64,000 nt of DNA from Promethearchaeota archaeon (GCA_030603385.1 JAUVXW010000019.1:1-64000); one strand, 5' to 3'. Shown: positions 8,632 to 19,892, counted from the stretch's first letter. Numbers and translations: made by a program. Notes: generated by a model from the sequence alone, not told the origin.

Positions 8632-9663
8632 TTATATTGGAAAAACTGCGGTTAAAATGTTATTTTTATAGTTTGCCTTTATAATTCTAGCGTTAATCTT
8701 CTTACCAATAAAATTCTCTGAATTGATTGATGGCTCGTTTACAAGTACTTTTACTCCAAAATCATCATCAATTTTTCCAATAAATTCATTTTTCCAACGA
8801 CCTTTAGAGATAATAGTTAGTTTTATAAATTCATTCTTTTTAACGTCTAAGGATGCAATATTTTTCCGTTTATGAATATTAAAATCTCTTGGACCAAGTT
8901 TTAGTTTAATCTTGTATCTTTTTTCTAATCTAGATAATTGTTTATAGAAGAAATCCCAGCTTTTTGGTCTAATTTTTTTTAGTTTTCTTCCTGTTTTATA
9001 AATTAAGTATTTTTGGATTCCAATTTGAATTTTCTTTTCAGAATAACCTTGGTCTCTTAAATCGATTATAAATTTAATTATTTCTTCTATATCATCATCA
9101 TTCTCTCCTGGAAACCACACAGGAGCAATCAATACATTGATTTTAGAGTTTAATAGTGTTTTTATGTTTTTTAACAGAGCATCTATATTGAAATATGAAT
9201 CACACAAGTAGCTTGCTTTTTCTTCATTTAAAGAATTTAAACTAATATTGATGCGTGTTAATCCTACTTCTTCTAGCTCTTTAATTATTCCTTTATTGAG
9301 GAGCATTCCGTTAGATTGCATAGTTATTGTTTCAATTCCTTCTATTTTCCAAAGATTTTCAATTAATTCTATAAGTTTTGGATAAAGTAAAATTTCTCCG
9401 TATGGTGCTAAATGGATTTCAATATTATACCTTCCTTTATTTTCTATGATTGCATCTACTTTCTCGATTAAGTAACTAGGATCGACTATAAAATTATTAT
9501 TATAATCACCGGCACTTACAAAACAGTATTTACATTTTAGGTTGCATAATGTCAAGGGTTTAAGTTCTATGACATTTGTACCTCGGTCAATTACTCCCAT
9601 ATAATCTATTCCATATAGGGGAATTCCCGATTTTTTATTAACATAGATTGATTCAGTTTTCAT
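8632..9663 (-). CDS. Archaeal radical SAM protein with a C-terminal TRAM-like domain
   Basis: CNLKCKYC motif; GIPLYG..GVIDRGTNVIE N-terminus typical of a conserved archaeal family. Confidence 0.85.
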   Translation of the reverse strand: MKTESIYVNKKSGIPLYGIDYMGVIDRGTNVIELKPLTLCNLKCKYCFVSAGDYNNNFIVDPSYLIEKVDAIIENKGRYNIEIHLAPYGEILLYPKLIELIENLWKIEGIETITMQSNGMLLNKGIIKELEEVGLTRINISLNSLNEEKASYLCDSYFNIDALLKNIKTLLNSKINVLIAPVWFPGENDDDIEEIIKFIIDLRDQGYSEKKIQIGIQKYLIYKTGRKLKKIRPKSWDFFYKQLSRLEKRYKIKLKLGPRDFNIHKRKNIASLDVKKNEFIKLTIISKGRWKNEFIGKIDDDFGVKVLVNEPSINSENFIGKKINARIIKANYKNNILTAVFPI

Positions 9664-9672
9664 ATTAATTTA

Positions 9673-10746
9673 CTAAAATTTATATCGTAAAATTCCAACT
9701 AATGATCCTAAATTTACCAATTGATCTCCAGCAACATTTTCAGAACTCATAATATTTATTGCTCCTCCTGCATTTTCCACGTTAGTTATGATCTCTTCAA
9801 TTTTTAACTTATGATCTTTCGAGGCTCCTCGAATCATTACATCTGCAATTAAAAGTTGTTTAATTGCACCCCTCTCAGAAGCACTAGAAACCTCATCCAT
9901 TCCTATAACGATAAGATCAGCGTCAAGGGCGAATTGGGCGATAACGCTTTCAATGAGTACAGTTTCCTGTAAGATCTTAACTTCCTTTTTTAATTGCGCT
10001 AGTTTTTTAGATTTTAACGTTTCAATAATTGCACTTTCTGTTCCAGAGCTTGCATGACAAATCTCAATTCTAGTTGAATAACTAGGATCAAGGGTTTTCC
10101 TCAAATGGTCAACAAAATTATTTTTTGTATTTCCTGGACCACAAATGATTATTAGATTCACATCATGTATTTTTAGATTTTCCTTTACGACCTTCCCAAT
10201 ACCCTCATAAAATTCTAATAATGCCTTATTACGATATGTTTGTTGATATCTTTTTCCTGGAATGTGAGTTTTGATCGTAGCAACCCTTTTATGGCTGAAA
10301 TTGGTTATAAGAGCAATTGTTGCTAAACCTGTTTCAATTGCTACAAGCAATATAATGAAATTATTCTCAAATTTTGAACTTTCTTTTAATCGTTTTAATT
10401 CGTAATTTGACCACTTTTCCTTGACTATAGTAATTTTTTGTAATTTTTCTATATTAAATGTGTGATAAGACCCGTAGCTAACAAAATCATCAGGGCCCTC
10501 AAGAATTTTTCCTTTTACCCTTAGTCGATTTGAAAATTCATGAAAAGCAATTGTTTCTACCTTCAATTTCAACTTCATTACTTTTCTCTCGCCTTTAGAT
10601 CCTTCTTTCAATACAACTCTTCTCTGTGTGCGGGCGGATATCTCATCGCCCTCACTTATGATATTATAAAGGGTCCATAAATCGTTAAGATTCTCAGGTT
10701 TAACTATAATCTCCCTATGTTTCTGATCAATTTCTAGAATTTTCAA
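9673..10746 (-). CDS. pelA: mRNA surveillance / ribosome rescue protein Pelota (Dom34)
   Basis: PENLNDLWTLYNII, RLRVKGKI, GSYHTFNI, IPGKR, GPG, LGSLVGILRY. Confidence 0.95.
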   Translation of the reverse strand: MKILEIDQKHREIIVKPENLNDLWTLYNIISEGDEISARTQRRVVLKEGSKGERKVMKLKLKVETIAFHEFSNRLRVKGKILEGPDDFVSYGSYHTFNIEKLQKITIVKEKWSNYELKRLKESSKFENNFIILLVAIETGLATIALITNFSHKRVATIKTHIPGKRYQQTYRNKALLEFYEGIGKVVKENLKIHDVNLIIICGPGNTKNNFVDHLRKTLDPSYSTRIEICHASSGTESAIIETLKSKKLAQLKKEVKILQETVLIESVIAQFALDADLIVIGMDEVSSASERGAIKQLLIADVMIRGASKDHKLKIEEIITNVENAGGAINIMSSENVAGDQLVNLGSLVGILRYKF

Positions 10747-10900
10747 ATCCTAAAACTAACTCCAAATAGTTGCTATTTAAAATTAATCAATAGTTTAAGA
10801 TAAGCTTAATTTAATTTGAGATTGAGAAATATTGAATTAAAATAAAATAAATAAAATAAATAAAAAAAGATAAAAAATATCCTAATTAAACTAATAAACT

Positions 10901-11056
10901 CTAATCTTTTTGCCCTAAAGCTGCTTTTACTTTTTCAAGTTCTTCCATGCGTTTCTTCTTTTCTTCTTCCCGTTTTTCGAGTTCTTCTTCATCAACTTTT
11001 TCGAGCGAAACACCTTTCTCAATTTCTTCTTGAAGTTCTTTACCAATGGGTGCCAC
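10901..11056 (-). CDS. 51-aa micro-protein with a WH2/beta-thymosin-like motif and a charged helix (not in the ORF track)
   Basis: GTG start after SD-like GGGGTTGA; MAPIGKELQEEIEKGVSLEKVDEEELEKREEEKKKRMEELEKVKAALGQKD*. Confidence 0.75.
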   Translation of the reverse strand: MAPIGKELQEEIEKGVSLEKVDEEELEKREEEKKKRMEELEKVKAALGQKD

Positions 11057-11148
11057 TTTTTATCAACCCCTTTTATTTAAAATTGATATGAAATAATTAA
11101 TATTGATATTTACACATATTATAATAGAATTTATTTATAAGTTTTAGT

Positions 11149-11607
11149 TTATAGAGAGTCTATAAATAATTCCATTAAATAGGCACTTTCTCCAGATTGA
11201 TAATAATTCTCAATTTTTTTTGGATTTTTTCTAAAATTAAATTTCTCGTATAATTTAATTGCTTGTGAATTACTTACTTGAACGTTTAATACCACTTTCT
11301 TGATCTCTTTTAATTGTGTTATCCTCTGTATTGTATTTTTTAAGAGAAGAGCACCATACCCTTTGTTTTGAAATCTTGGGTTTATGAGAAAATTAATAAT
11401 ATTAATTCTGTCTTTTCTATCTTTTATGAGTATTATAAAACCAATAAGTTCATTTTTATTTTTACCATTAGCTAATTTTAAAAATAAAGTATTGCGGTGT
11501 ATTAATTCCCCCATTAAATGTTTAGAAAATGCATTTTCCCTGAATACCTCTTTTTCAAGGATCATAATTTGTTCTAAATCTCTTGAATTAACATTTTTAA
11601 CTTTCAT
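11149..11607 (-). CDS. rimI: GNAT N-acetyltransferase (RimI/Ard1 family)
   Basis: FQNKGYG acetyl-CoA motif, LNVQVSNSQAIKLYEKFNF, NYYQSGESAYLM. Confidence 0.9.
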   Translation of the reverse strand: MKVKNVNSRDLEQIMILEKEVFRENAFSKHLMGELIHRNTLFLKLANGKNKNELIGFIILIKDRKDRINIINFLINPRFQNKGYGALLLKNTIQRITQLKEIKKVVLNVQVSNSQAIKLYEKFNFRKNPKKIENYYQSGESAYLMELFIDSL

Positions 11608-12748
11608 TTAAGCCAAATTCTTCTTTAAATAATTTTATTGGGGTCTTTTCTGTTATTTGTTGATATTTTTGCTGTCTAAAGGGTATCATTTCCACAATAT
11701 ATCCTTTAAGTTGAAATCTTTCAAATAAGGATATAATTTGGTTATCTATTGAGAGATATAAAGGTAATTTTATGTCATTCCCATTAAATAATATAAGATT
11801 TTTATTTATTTTCATTTCTGTTAATAAGATATTGCTAAATTTTTCTAGATCATCCTTATTTCCCTCGATTTGGGCGAACATTAAAAGCCCTTCTTCAGTA
11901 ATTACCTCAAATGGTAATTTTATATTTTTAGCCCTTCGTAAGTACCTATTTTTTAACTGATAATAATCCTTTGAATGTATAAGACAAAAATGCATTTTGA
12001 TGGAAACTTTATTACTCAAATCTTTCATTAGATCAATTGCAACTTCATAACTATTGACTACAGATGCAATGGAACCTTTTTTCAATTGATATCCTCGGTT
12101 TTTTAATGATTCACTATTAGGAAAACAATATTCAAATTCATTTAGATTTATAAAGTCTACCCCTATACTATTGAGATAAATGATAAATTTGTGAAGCTCT
12201 TTTAACTTTTCTTTATTTGGTATGACGGGAACTTCTGCACCAACAACCAATCCTTTATTCAAAGCAAGTTCAATGTTTGACCAGTTTTCTTTGGGAGGAT
12301 GGAATCTAATCTCATCCAATCCTGCTAGAGCGAGTTTACTGGCAATTGAATTATTGAAGTTAATGCCATTCGTGTATAGATGAACATGGAATTTATAGCC
12401 CTTTTGAATTTTTATATATTTAATATAATCAAGAGTTTTCTCTAAATTCAATTCAGAAAGTGGTTCACCGCCAGTAATACTCATTCCTTTGGCATCGATC
12501 TTATTTACTTCTTCTAACAAACCCTCTTTTGAAGTAATTTCGATCTCATTTGCGAAAGTTAAATTTTTATCTCTTCTTTCTGTTGAAATCGGGCAATACC
12601 AAGAGCAATGATCGGGTTTTTGACATATTCCATTTAAAAATAATACTGTTTTTTGTCCTTTTAGACAAAGTTTACATCCTTTAGGAAGTCCTCTTCCCTT
12701 TATATATAAATTATTTTCTTTCGATTTGATAACTTTAGCTTTTCTCAT
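11597..12748 (-). CDS. Archaeal radical SAM protein
   Basis: LPKGCKLC, CQKPDHCSWYC cluster motif, TGGEPL, GLDEIRFHP. Confidence 0.85.
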   Translation of the reverse strand: MRKAKVIKSKENNLYIKGRGLPKGCKLCLKGQKTVLFLNGICQKPDHCSWYCPISTERRDKNLTFANEIEITSKEGLLEEVNKIDAKGMSITGGEPLSELNLEKTLDYIKYIKIQKGYKFHVHLYTNGINFNNSIASKLALAGLDEIRFHPPKENWSNIELALNKGLVVGAEVPVIPNKEKLKELHKFIIYLNSIGVDFINLNEFEYCFPNSESLKNRGYQLKKGSIASVVNSYEVAIDLMKDLSNKVSIKMHFCLIHSKDYYQLKNRYLRRAKNIKLPFEVITEEGLLMFAQIEGNKDDLEKFSNILLTEMKINKNLILFNGNDIKLPLYLSIDNQIISLFERFQLKGYIVEMIPFRQQKYQQITEKTPIKLFKEEFGLNES

Positions 12749-13452
12749 GATTTAAGTAGTTTTTTTCTCACTATCGCCTTTCTTTTAGCAAGGTTTTTTA
12801 ACACTTCCTCGGTAGATTCATTAAATTCGAGATTTCTTTTTAAAAATACTCCAGTTCTCCCATGTTTCTCTCGTCTTAATAATACTCTTTTGCGTTCATT
12901 CACAGTATCAATACTTACTCCTACTTCTTTGGCAGCAAGAGCTTCGTTCCCAATAACTGAAATTTCCTCATGGCCGTGTACGTTAGGTTTAATTAATACA
13001 AGTCTTTTATCTATCCCAGCTACTCTATTCTCTGATTTTAATTTATTTAAGGTTAATTTTCCTCCAAAATTATAGAATTCAAAAATCCTTTTATCAAATT
13101 TAGAAAGGGGGACGGTGATGCTCTCCAATTCACTTAAATGAATATACAATTTGATTGAATCTAGTGGTGTTGCCATAATAATTTCTCTAAAATAATTTTC
13201 ATAACCGTTTTTATTTAAAACATATTCAATCTGGAAGGAAGGAACTTTTTGAATAAATACGATATCGATGTCGCTAGACTCATGAACATCACCACGGGCA
13301 ATACTTCCATGTACAATGGGCTTAAAACCTTCATTAACAAACAATTCTAATAATTTTATAGCATTTACTCTTTTACTTTTTAATAAAGCCCATTTATCTT
13401 CCGAGTAGGTTATAATATTATGGTGATCTCTTAAAATATTTTTATCCTTCAT
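12745..13452 (-). CDS. Archaeal pol-beta-family nucleotidyltransferase
   Basis: HGSIARGDVHESSDIDIV, RVAGIDKRL, GRTGVF. Confidence 0.85.
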   Translation of the reverse strand: MKDKNILRDHHNIITYSEDKWALLKSKRVNAIKLLELFVNEGFKPIVHGSIARGDVHESSDIDIVFIQKVPSFQIEYVLNKNGYENYFREIIMATPLDSIKLYIHLSELESITVPLSKFDKRIFEFYNFGGKLTLNKLKSENRVAGIDKRLVLIKPNVHGHEEISVIGNEALAAKEVGVSIDTVNERKRVLLRREKHGRTGVFLKRNLEFNESTEEVLKNLAKRKAIVRKKLLKS

Positions 13453-13455
13453 GAA

Positions 13456-14298
13456 TTAAGTGTAATTTTTAGATTTCATTAATTTATTTTCTAGTATATC
13501 AATAATAATGCCTAAGAGAATCGTCTCATAATATTTAAAACTTTTAGTGGATTTCTTTAGTGTTATTAATTTTGCTTTATTTGTGATATTTTCATCAAAT
13601 TCCTTAGTAAAATGTTTTAAATCATTATTTTTTAAAATAAAGAAGCTCCTTTTACTAAAAATATAAAATAATTGAGTATATTGTGGTAAGGTATGAAAAG
13701 TTTCTTTTAATCTTCCAATATTGTACTTATTCATCCTTGGATTAATTAATATGAATCCAATCTTTTCTGGATCTGTTAAAATTTCTGTGTTTGGAACGAA
13801 AGGTTTTGATAAATTTACTAGAATGTATTTAGAATTCCCGATAAACCCTTTATGTTTAAAATAATCTAGTAATAATGAAATTAGGGATTTTATCTCATCA
13901 TTAATAGTTTTATTTAACATATTTGAACTTGAATCAAGTTTAATATTAAGTTTCAAATTAATAACATTGAAACCATAGCTGTTTAAACCCTCTGTTATGA
14001 TTTTCGTTAAATGTTTTTTAAAACTTGTTCTTAAAATTAAGATTAACGGACATTCATCAAACTGTTTATGTAAAGAAGAATTTCTCGTCAAACTACAGTG
14101 TTTTGTTTTGATGTAATGACTCTTACCAAGATCATATGGTTTTGGAAAAGAATAATATTCTAAAGCCACGTTAGAAAAGCTTAAGCGCCATCGATGAGTT
14201 GATTTGAAAATTTTTACACCTAATAGAAGTAACAATAATAAAATAATTATTAGTGTATCAACAAAAACCCAATCTACTTGAAAAGCATTGCTTACCAT
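13456..14298 (-). CDS. Membrane-anchored hypothetical protein
   Basis: N-terminal hydrophobic helix, then a soluble alpha/beta-looking domain; co-oriented in the operon. Confidence 0.6.
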   Translation of the reverse strand: MVSNAFQVDWVFVDTLIIILLLLLLLGVKIFKSTHRWRLSFSNVALEYYSFPKPYDLGKSHYIKTKHCSLTRNSSLHKQFDECPLILILRTSFKKHLTKIITEGLNSYGFNVINLKLNIKLDSSSNMLNKTINDEIKSLISLLLDYFKHKGFIGNSKYILVNLSKPFVPNTEILTDPEKIGFILINPRMNKYNIGRLKETFHTLPQYTQLFYIFSKRSFFILKNNDLKHFTKEFDENITNKAKLITLKKSTKSFKYYETILLGIIIDILENKLMKSKNYT

Positions 14299-14323
14299 GA
14301 TTTAAAGTAAATAATTTTTTTAT

Positions 14324-14638
14324 TCAATCAACAACGTCTTTAATCCAATTTAAATATTTTTTAGATCCTTTTTCAATCTTTAGACCAATGCATTCAGGAT
14401 TCTCGTAGGAATGAATTTCATTTATTTTTTGAATTAATAAGTCACTCTTCTCTTCGGTAGTTTTGATCAATAATAAATGTTCACTATCCTCCTCAATTTC
14501 TCCTTTCCATCTATATATTGAAGATATGTTTTTAATAATGTTTACACAAGCTACAAGTTTGCTTTCTACTAAATTCCTAGCAATTTTTTGCCCCTCATCA
14601 ATATTTGGAACAGTTACTAAGAAAAGATAATAGTTCAT
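14324..14638 (-). CDS. cutA: CutA divalent-cation tolerance protein
   Basis: LVACVNI, SIYRWKG, LLLIKT, HSYENPE. Confidence 0.95.
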   Translation of the reverse strand: MNYYLFLVTVPNIDEGQKIARNLVESKLVACVNIIKNISSIYRWKGEIEEDSEHLLLIKTTEEKSDLLIQKINEIHSYENPECIGLKIEKGSKKYLNWIKDVVD

Positions 14639-14751
14639 TTTATGTCTGTATTATATTTATAGTTCTGATTAATGCATTACTTAATATCAATTTATTTAAG
14701 ATTTATTTCATTTTTAACTCAAAAATTCTTTTATAATTTCATTTTATCTTT

Positions 14752-17418
14752 TTGGAGTTGGTAATGATATTGCAAAAAGTCGAAAAAATTTCATTGGATG
14801 GATTTTGGGAATTAAAAAATTCTGAAAAATCAATTGAAATAGATGCTCAAGTACCTGGAACTGTTTTTGAAGCTCTACTTAAAAATAATATTATCGAGGA
14901 TCCTTTTTATGGTGAAAATGAGCATGAGATGGAATGGGTTTATGAATCTAATTGGTTTTATGAAAAAGAATTCAACTTGGATCCAGAATTTTTAGAACAT
15001 AAGCACATTATATTACGGTTCAATGGATTAGATACAATAGCAGAGGTGAACTTAAATGGTGAATTAATAGGTTCCGTAAACAACATGTTTGTTAGATATG
15101 ATTTTGAAGTAAAATCTAAATTAAATAGTACTGGGAACAAGTTAAAGGTAAGATTTAAGAGTCCTACGGTAGAAGCTTTAGAGAACATAAAAAAAAATAA
15201 TCTGGGGTTAAATACTGGTTATGCCGCACTACCTGGAGTACCCTACTTAAGGAAAGCTCAATATAGTTTTGGATGGGATTGGGGTCCACAGATTCCAGAT
15301 ATAGGAATTTGGAAGGAAGTCGAATTGATAGGGTATGATAAAATCAAATTGGACTCCGTTTATATTGAACAAAAATTCAACTATAATTTAGATCCCTTGT
15401 CTATTAAAAATCCAGATCAAATTTCTGAAATAATTGTTGATTCTGTTCAAATGGATATTCATCTTGACATTGTTACAGAACTCAAAGATTTAGAGAAATC
15501 GGGTATTCAAATAGATGTTGTACTTATAGATTCTGGGAGTAAAGTTATTTCAAAAAATGTTCCCCTTCATTCAAAAACACAGAAACTTAGTTTATTAATT
15601 GACCATCCTCGTCTATGGTGGACTCATGACCTTGGAACGCCTAGACTTTATGATTTAGAAGTTTCCATAATTAATCAGGAAAATATTGAAAAATGCACCC
15701 AGAAAGTAGGAATTAGAGATATTAGATTGATAAGAAACAATGATAGATGGGGTGAGAGTTTCTTCTTTTTGCTTAATGGTGTACCAATATTTGCAAAGGG
15801 TGCAAATTGGATACCTATTGATAGTTTCATCCCGAGAGGAAAGAAAAATGGATTATATCAAATGAACTTAAATTATGCAAAAGAAGCAAATATGAACATG
15901 ATCAGAGTGTGGGGCGGAGGAATGTACGAAGATGACCTATTTTATCAACTCTGTGATGAATTGGGAATATTAGTTTGGCAAGATTTTCCGTTCGCTTGCG
16001 CACTCTATAAGTTAGAGAATGAAGAATTCGTTAAAAGTATTATACTTGAAGCAGTACAAAATATCAAAAGGATACGAAATCATGCAAGTTTAGCACTATG
16101 GTGCGGTAATAATGAAATTGAAGTATTATGGAATAGAGTACTAAGAAGTTTAGGATTAATTGATGAAAATAATGCAAAAGTATGGCTAAATCCTAAAGAA
16201 GTTTCTTCGTTTTTAAAAGGATATCGAAATATGTTTGAAAACATCTTACCAGAACTAATTAGAAAATATGATGGGAAACATCCATATTGGCCAAGTTCTC
16301 CCTCTAATGGGATCGGAAAAAAGAAGGGAGCTTTAATATCAAATTCACCTGATGAAGGGGATTCGCATTTTTGGACAGTTTGGCACGGTGGAGCTCCTTT
16401 TCAAGAATTTAGAAATTTTAACTCAAGATTCATGTCTGAATTTGGGTTTGAGTCTTTTCCATCATTAAAAACGATTAAATCTTTTTGTCCTCCAGATCAG
16501 TTTGATATTTATAGCGAAATTATGGAAAACCATCAAAAAAACCGAGCTGGCAACAAATTAATAATGGACTACATGAAAAAAAGGTTTTCGGTTCCAAAAG
16601 TGTTCGAATCGCAATTAATCTTATCACAAATCACTCAAGCTGAAGCCATTGAATATGGAGTAGAACATTGGAGACGAAATCGCAATGATAACCATTGCAT
16701 GGGATCTCTTTATTGGCAGTTGAACGATTGCTGGCCTGTTGCGAGTTGGTCTTCATTAGATTATTATGGGCGATGGAAAGCTCTTCACTATTATGCAAAG
16801 AGATTTTATCAGCCAATTTTCGCTAGTATAAAAGAGAATTCTCAACAAGTTGAATTTTGGGTAACAAATGATTTAAGAAAATCTTGTGAAATTGAGTTAG
16901 ACTGGAAAATTCTAAATTCAGAGGGGAATACACTCATGAAAGGAATTTATAATTCTAAAGTCTCTCCTTGTAGCTCTTTAAAACTAGGGTTAGCAAATGT
17001 TAGCAATATTAACAAAGAAGAATTTAAAATGAAAAATAATATCATCTTCTATAAATTATATTCTAACAATGGCAAAAAAGAAATAATATGTCGAGGATTT
17101 CGTTTATTTGATGCACCAAAATTCTTTAATCTAAGAGATCCCAAAATATCAAGTTTTATTGAAGATATAGAAGGAGAAAAGAATAATAAAATTCAATTTA
17201 AATTGAAATTGAAAGCTAAGAGTATTGCTTTATATGTCAACATTGATTCAGATTTAGTTGATTTTATAGCTTCTGATAACTTCTTTTCTATAGAACCTAA
17301 TGAAACTTGGGATATTGATATTGAAATTGTAAGTGGTCTTGAAGCAGATAAAGATCATTCAAAACAGGAAATTATAAACTCTTTTAAAATTCAATCTCTT
17401 TATGATATCATTAAATAA
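14752..17418 (+). CDS. Beta-mannosidase, glycoside hydrolase family 2
   Basis: [32 protein letters not shown] (acid/base), SEFG (nucleophile), WQLNDCWP. Confidence 0.92.
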   Translation: MELVMILQKVEKISLDGFWELKNSEKSIEIDAQVPGTVFEALLKNNIIEDPFYGENEHEMEWVYESNWFYEKEFNLDPEFLEHKHIILRFNGLDTIAEVNLNGELIGSVNNMFVRYDFEVKSKLNSTGNKLKVRFKSPTVEALENIKKNNLGLNTGYAALPGVPYLRKAQYSFGWDWGPQIPDIGIWKEVELIGYDKIKLDSVYIEQKFNYNLDPLSIKNPDQISEIIVDSVQMDIHLDIVTELKDLEKSGIQIDVVLIDSGSKVISKNVPLHSKTQKLSLLIDHPRLWWTHDLGTPRLYDLEVSIINQENIEKCTQKVGIRDIRLIRNNDRWGESFFFLLNGVPIFAKGANWIPIDSFIPRGKKNGLYQMNLNYAKEANMNMIRVWGGGMYEDDLFYQLCDELGILVWQDFPFACALYKLENEEFVKSIILEAVQNIKRIRNHASLALWCGNNEIEVLWNRVLRSLGLIDENNAKVWLNPKEVSSFLKGYRNMFENILPELIRKYDGKHPYWPSSPSNGIGKKKGALISNSPDEGDSHFWTVWHGGAPFQEFRNFNSRFMSEFGFESFPSLKTIKSFCPPDQFDIYSEIMENHQKNRAGNKLIMDYMKKRFSVPKVFESQLILSQITQAEAIEYGVEHWRRNRNDNHCMGSLYWQLNDCWPVASWSSLDYYGRWKALHYYAKRFYQPIFASIKENSQQVEFWVTNDLRKSCEIELDWKILNSEGNTLMKGIYNSKVSPCSSLKLGLANVSNINKEEFKMKNNIIFYKLYSNNGKKEIICRGFRLFDAPKFFNLRDPKISSFIEDIEGEKNNKIQFKLKLKAKSIALYVNIDSDLVDFIASDNFFSIEPNETWDIDIEIVSGLEADKDHSKQEIINSFKIQSLYDIIK

Positions 17419-17517
17419 AATTGATTTTTTTGTTATTCATGAAGAGATTTAAATTATCATAATCTTATTAAGTATACATTAAGAATAAAGTTGTAAAATA
17501 TTGTCGAGGTTTTATAA

Positions 17518-18243
17518 TTGTTACATAATTTTTACTTGATTCATCAATACACAGGAATCTGTTTAATTCATAGGAAGTATGGAAGAATAGAATTTAATCA
17601 AGATTTAGTGAGTGGTTTTCTTACCGCACTTAAAGATTTTTCGGTTGAATTCTCCAAAGGATCAGGAGAATTAAAAGTAATAGATATGCAAGTATTCTAT
17701 CTTCTGCTTGTTTTTAAAGAGGGAGTGTTATGTACAGCGGCAGCTGACAAGAATGATGATGCAAAAATTACACATAAGGCTTTAACTGATATAATAGACA
17801 GATTTGTAGCTAAATTTGGAGACCAGCTTGAAGGATGGTCTGGTGATGTGCGAATTTTTCGGGATTTTGAGGGCGTAATAGATGAGATACTGAAGACTGG
17901 TAAAGTTGCCGAAATCCAGCTTAAGATACCAATATTGAAAATATTCAAGAAGGATTTTCTGAAGTCTCGGAAGCAAATTGCCAAGAAGGGGTTAATATTA
18001 TCGGAGGAGGATTTGCGTGAGGTGAAGGACGTGAAGCCAGAGTGGACGGCTAAGCGTTTACCGAAACAGATAATCGCACAGGGGGTTTTAGATGAAGAAG
18101 AGTTTGATATCGCCCATTTAGCAGATGGATTCCACACGATTGCTGACATCGGGGAGGTATCGGGTCGTCCGGAGACAGAAATTCAGAAGATAATGAATAA
18201 TTTAGACAAGTTAGAACTTCTCTCATTTGTAGAAATTAAATAA
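17518..18243 (+). CDS. Longin-like domain protein with a C-terminal winged helix-turn-helix
   Basis: FYLIHQYTGICL...QDLVSGFLTALKDFS longin/sedlin-like pattern; DGFHTIADIGEVSG...IMNNLDKLELL HTH. Confidence 0.7.
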   Translation: MLHNFYLIHQYTGICLIHRKYGRIEFNQDLVSGFLTALKDFSVEFSKGSGELKVIDMQVFYLLLVFKEGVLCTAAADKNDDAKITHKALTDIIDRFVAKFGDQLEGWSGDVRIFRDFEGVIDEILKTGKVAEIQLKIPILKIFKKDFLKSRKQIAKKGLILSEEDLREVKDVKPEWTAKRLPKQIIAQGVLDEEEFDIAHLADGFHTIADIGEVSGRPETEIQKIMNNLDKLELLSFVEIK

Positions 18244-18387
18244 CGAATTAACATCTTTTAAGGAATTATATTCTATTTTTAATTTTAATACTTCATTTTT
18301 TATGTCTAAAGTAGATTAATTGTAATTAAATTCAATATCAAATTTTATAAAGTTATAATGTTAAATGAAAATATTTTTGAAAATTGA

Positions 18388-19878
18388 TTGATTAATAATT
18401 TTAAGATGAATGTAAATAAAGTTGGGGAGAATATTTACGAGATCCCTCCTAAGACTTTGATGGCAAGGATTCAAGGGAATATAGAGAAGTTCCAGATGAG
18501 AGTTCCTGTTAGAATTTATGCAAACAACTATATATTAGAAAAGATAAAACAGGATCGCACATTAGATCAAATAGCTAATGTAGCTTGTTTGCCAGGAATA
18601 CAGAAACATGCTATTGTGTTATCTGATGCCCATCAAGGATATGGATTTTGTATAGGTGGAGTTGCTGGAACTGATGCCGAGACGGGAATGATTTCTCCTG
18701 GAGGTGTTGGTTATGATATTAATTGCGGTGTACGTTTATTAAGAACAAATTTATTTCTCAACGACATTAAAAAGGTGCTTCCAAATTTATTAACCAATAT
18801 TTTTAATAAGATCCCTTCTGGTTTAGGTTCAAAAGGTAAATTAACTATAAATTATTCTGACTTAGATAACGTTTTGAATAACGGAGTGAACTGGGCTTTA
18901 GAAAAGGGGTATGCAATTGAAGAAGACATAAAACATTTAGAAGAAAACGGATGTTTAAAGAATGGTAATGCAGATTTAGTATCTCAGAAAGCAAAGCAAA
19001 GAGCGATTAAACAACTTGGCTCTTTAGGAAGTGGAAATCATTTTCTTGAAATCCAAAAAGTAGATCAGATTTATAATAAGACAATTGCAGAAAAATTAGG
19101 AATAACTGAAAAAAATCAAATAACTGTAATGGTTCATACAGGAAGTAGAGCATTAGGTCATCAAGTTTGTACAGATAGTTTACGAAATATCGAACAAGCA
19201 ATGAAAAAATATAAAATTAGAGTACCAGATAGAGAACTTGCCTGTGTGCCAGCAGATACACCTGAAGCACAAAATTATTTACAGCAGATGGCATGTGCTG
19301 CCAATTTTGGTTTCACTAATCGTCAGTTGATAACTTATTGGTTAAGAGAATCCTTTCAAAATGCATTTAATAAAGATGTTGATGCATTAGATATGCATAT
19401 GATTTATGGAGTTTGTCATAATATTCTAAAAATAGAAGAACACAAAATAAATGGTAAAAAAATGAAACTGAATGTCCATCGTAAAGGTGCAACAAGAGCA
19501 TTTCCACCAAACCACCCTGCGTTACCTCAAGATTATAAAGATATTGGTCAACCAGCCTTTATTCCTGGAACTATGGGATCTGCTTCATATTTATGTGTGG
19601 GTAAACCAAAAGCTATGGAATTATCTTTTGGATCTACTGCTCATGGTTCTGGTCGTTTAATGTCTAGATCGAAGGCTATAAAAAGATATTGGGGTACTAA
19701 AGTAAAAGAAGATCTAAGAAAGAAAGGTATTTTAGTAAAAAGTGCTTCTATGAAGGTTTTAGCTGAAGAAAGTCCTGGAGCTTACAAAGATATTGATCAA
19801 GTAGTTCAAGTAAGTCATGATCTAGGAATTGTCGAAAAAATTGTAAGGCTTGTTCCAGTAGGGGTTGTAAAAGGGTAA
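18388..19878 (+). CDS. rtcB: RNA-splicing ligase RtcB
   Basis: DAHQGYGF, GVGYDINCG, GSGNHF, HTGSR, HRKGATR, STAHGSGR, EESPGAYK. Confidence 0.97.
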   Translation: MINNFKMNVNKVGENIYEIPPKTLMARIQGNIEKFQMRVPVRIYANNYILEKIKQDRTLDQIANVACLPGIQKHAIVLSDAHQGYGFCIGGVAGTDAETGMISPGGVGYDINCGVRLLRTNLFLNDIKKVLPNLLTNIFNKIPSGLGSKGKLTINYSDLDNVLNNGVNWALEKGYAIEEDIKHLEENGCLKNGNADLVSQKAKQRAIKQLGSLGSGNHFLEIQKVDQIYNKTIAEKLGITEKNQITVMVHTGSRALGHQVCTDSLRNIEQAMKKYKIRVPDRELACVPADTPEAQNYLQQMACAANFGFTNRQLITYWLRESFQNAFNKDVDALDMHMIYGVCHNILKIEEHKINGKKMKLNVHRKGATRAFPPNHPALPQDYKDIGQPAFIPGTMGSASYLCVGKPKAMELSFGSTAHGSGRLMSRSKAIKRYWGTKVKEDLRKKGILVKSASMKVLAEESPGAYKDIDQVVQVSHDLGIVEKIVRLVPVGVVKG

Positions 19879-19892
19879 AAACTTATAATTGA

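Noticed and set aside
17697-18149. 150-aa antisense ORF within the longin gene
   Set aside because: Ser-rich composition typical of a reverse-frame shadow; no motif.
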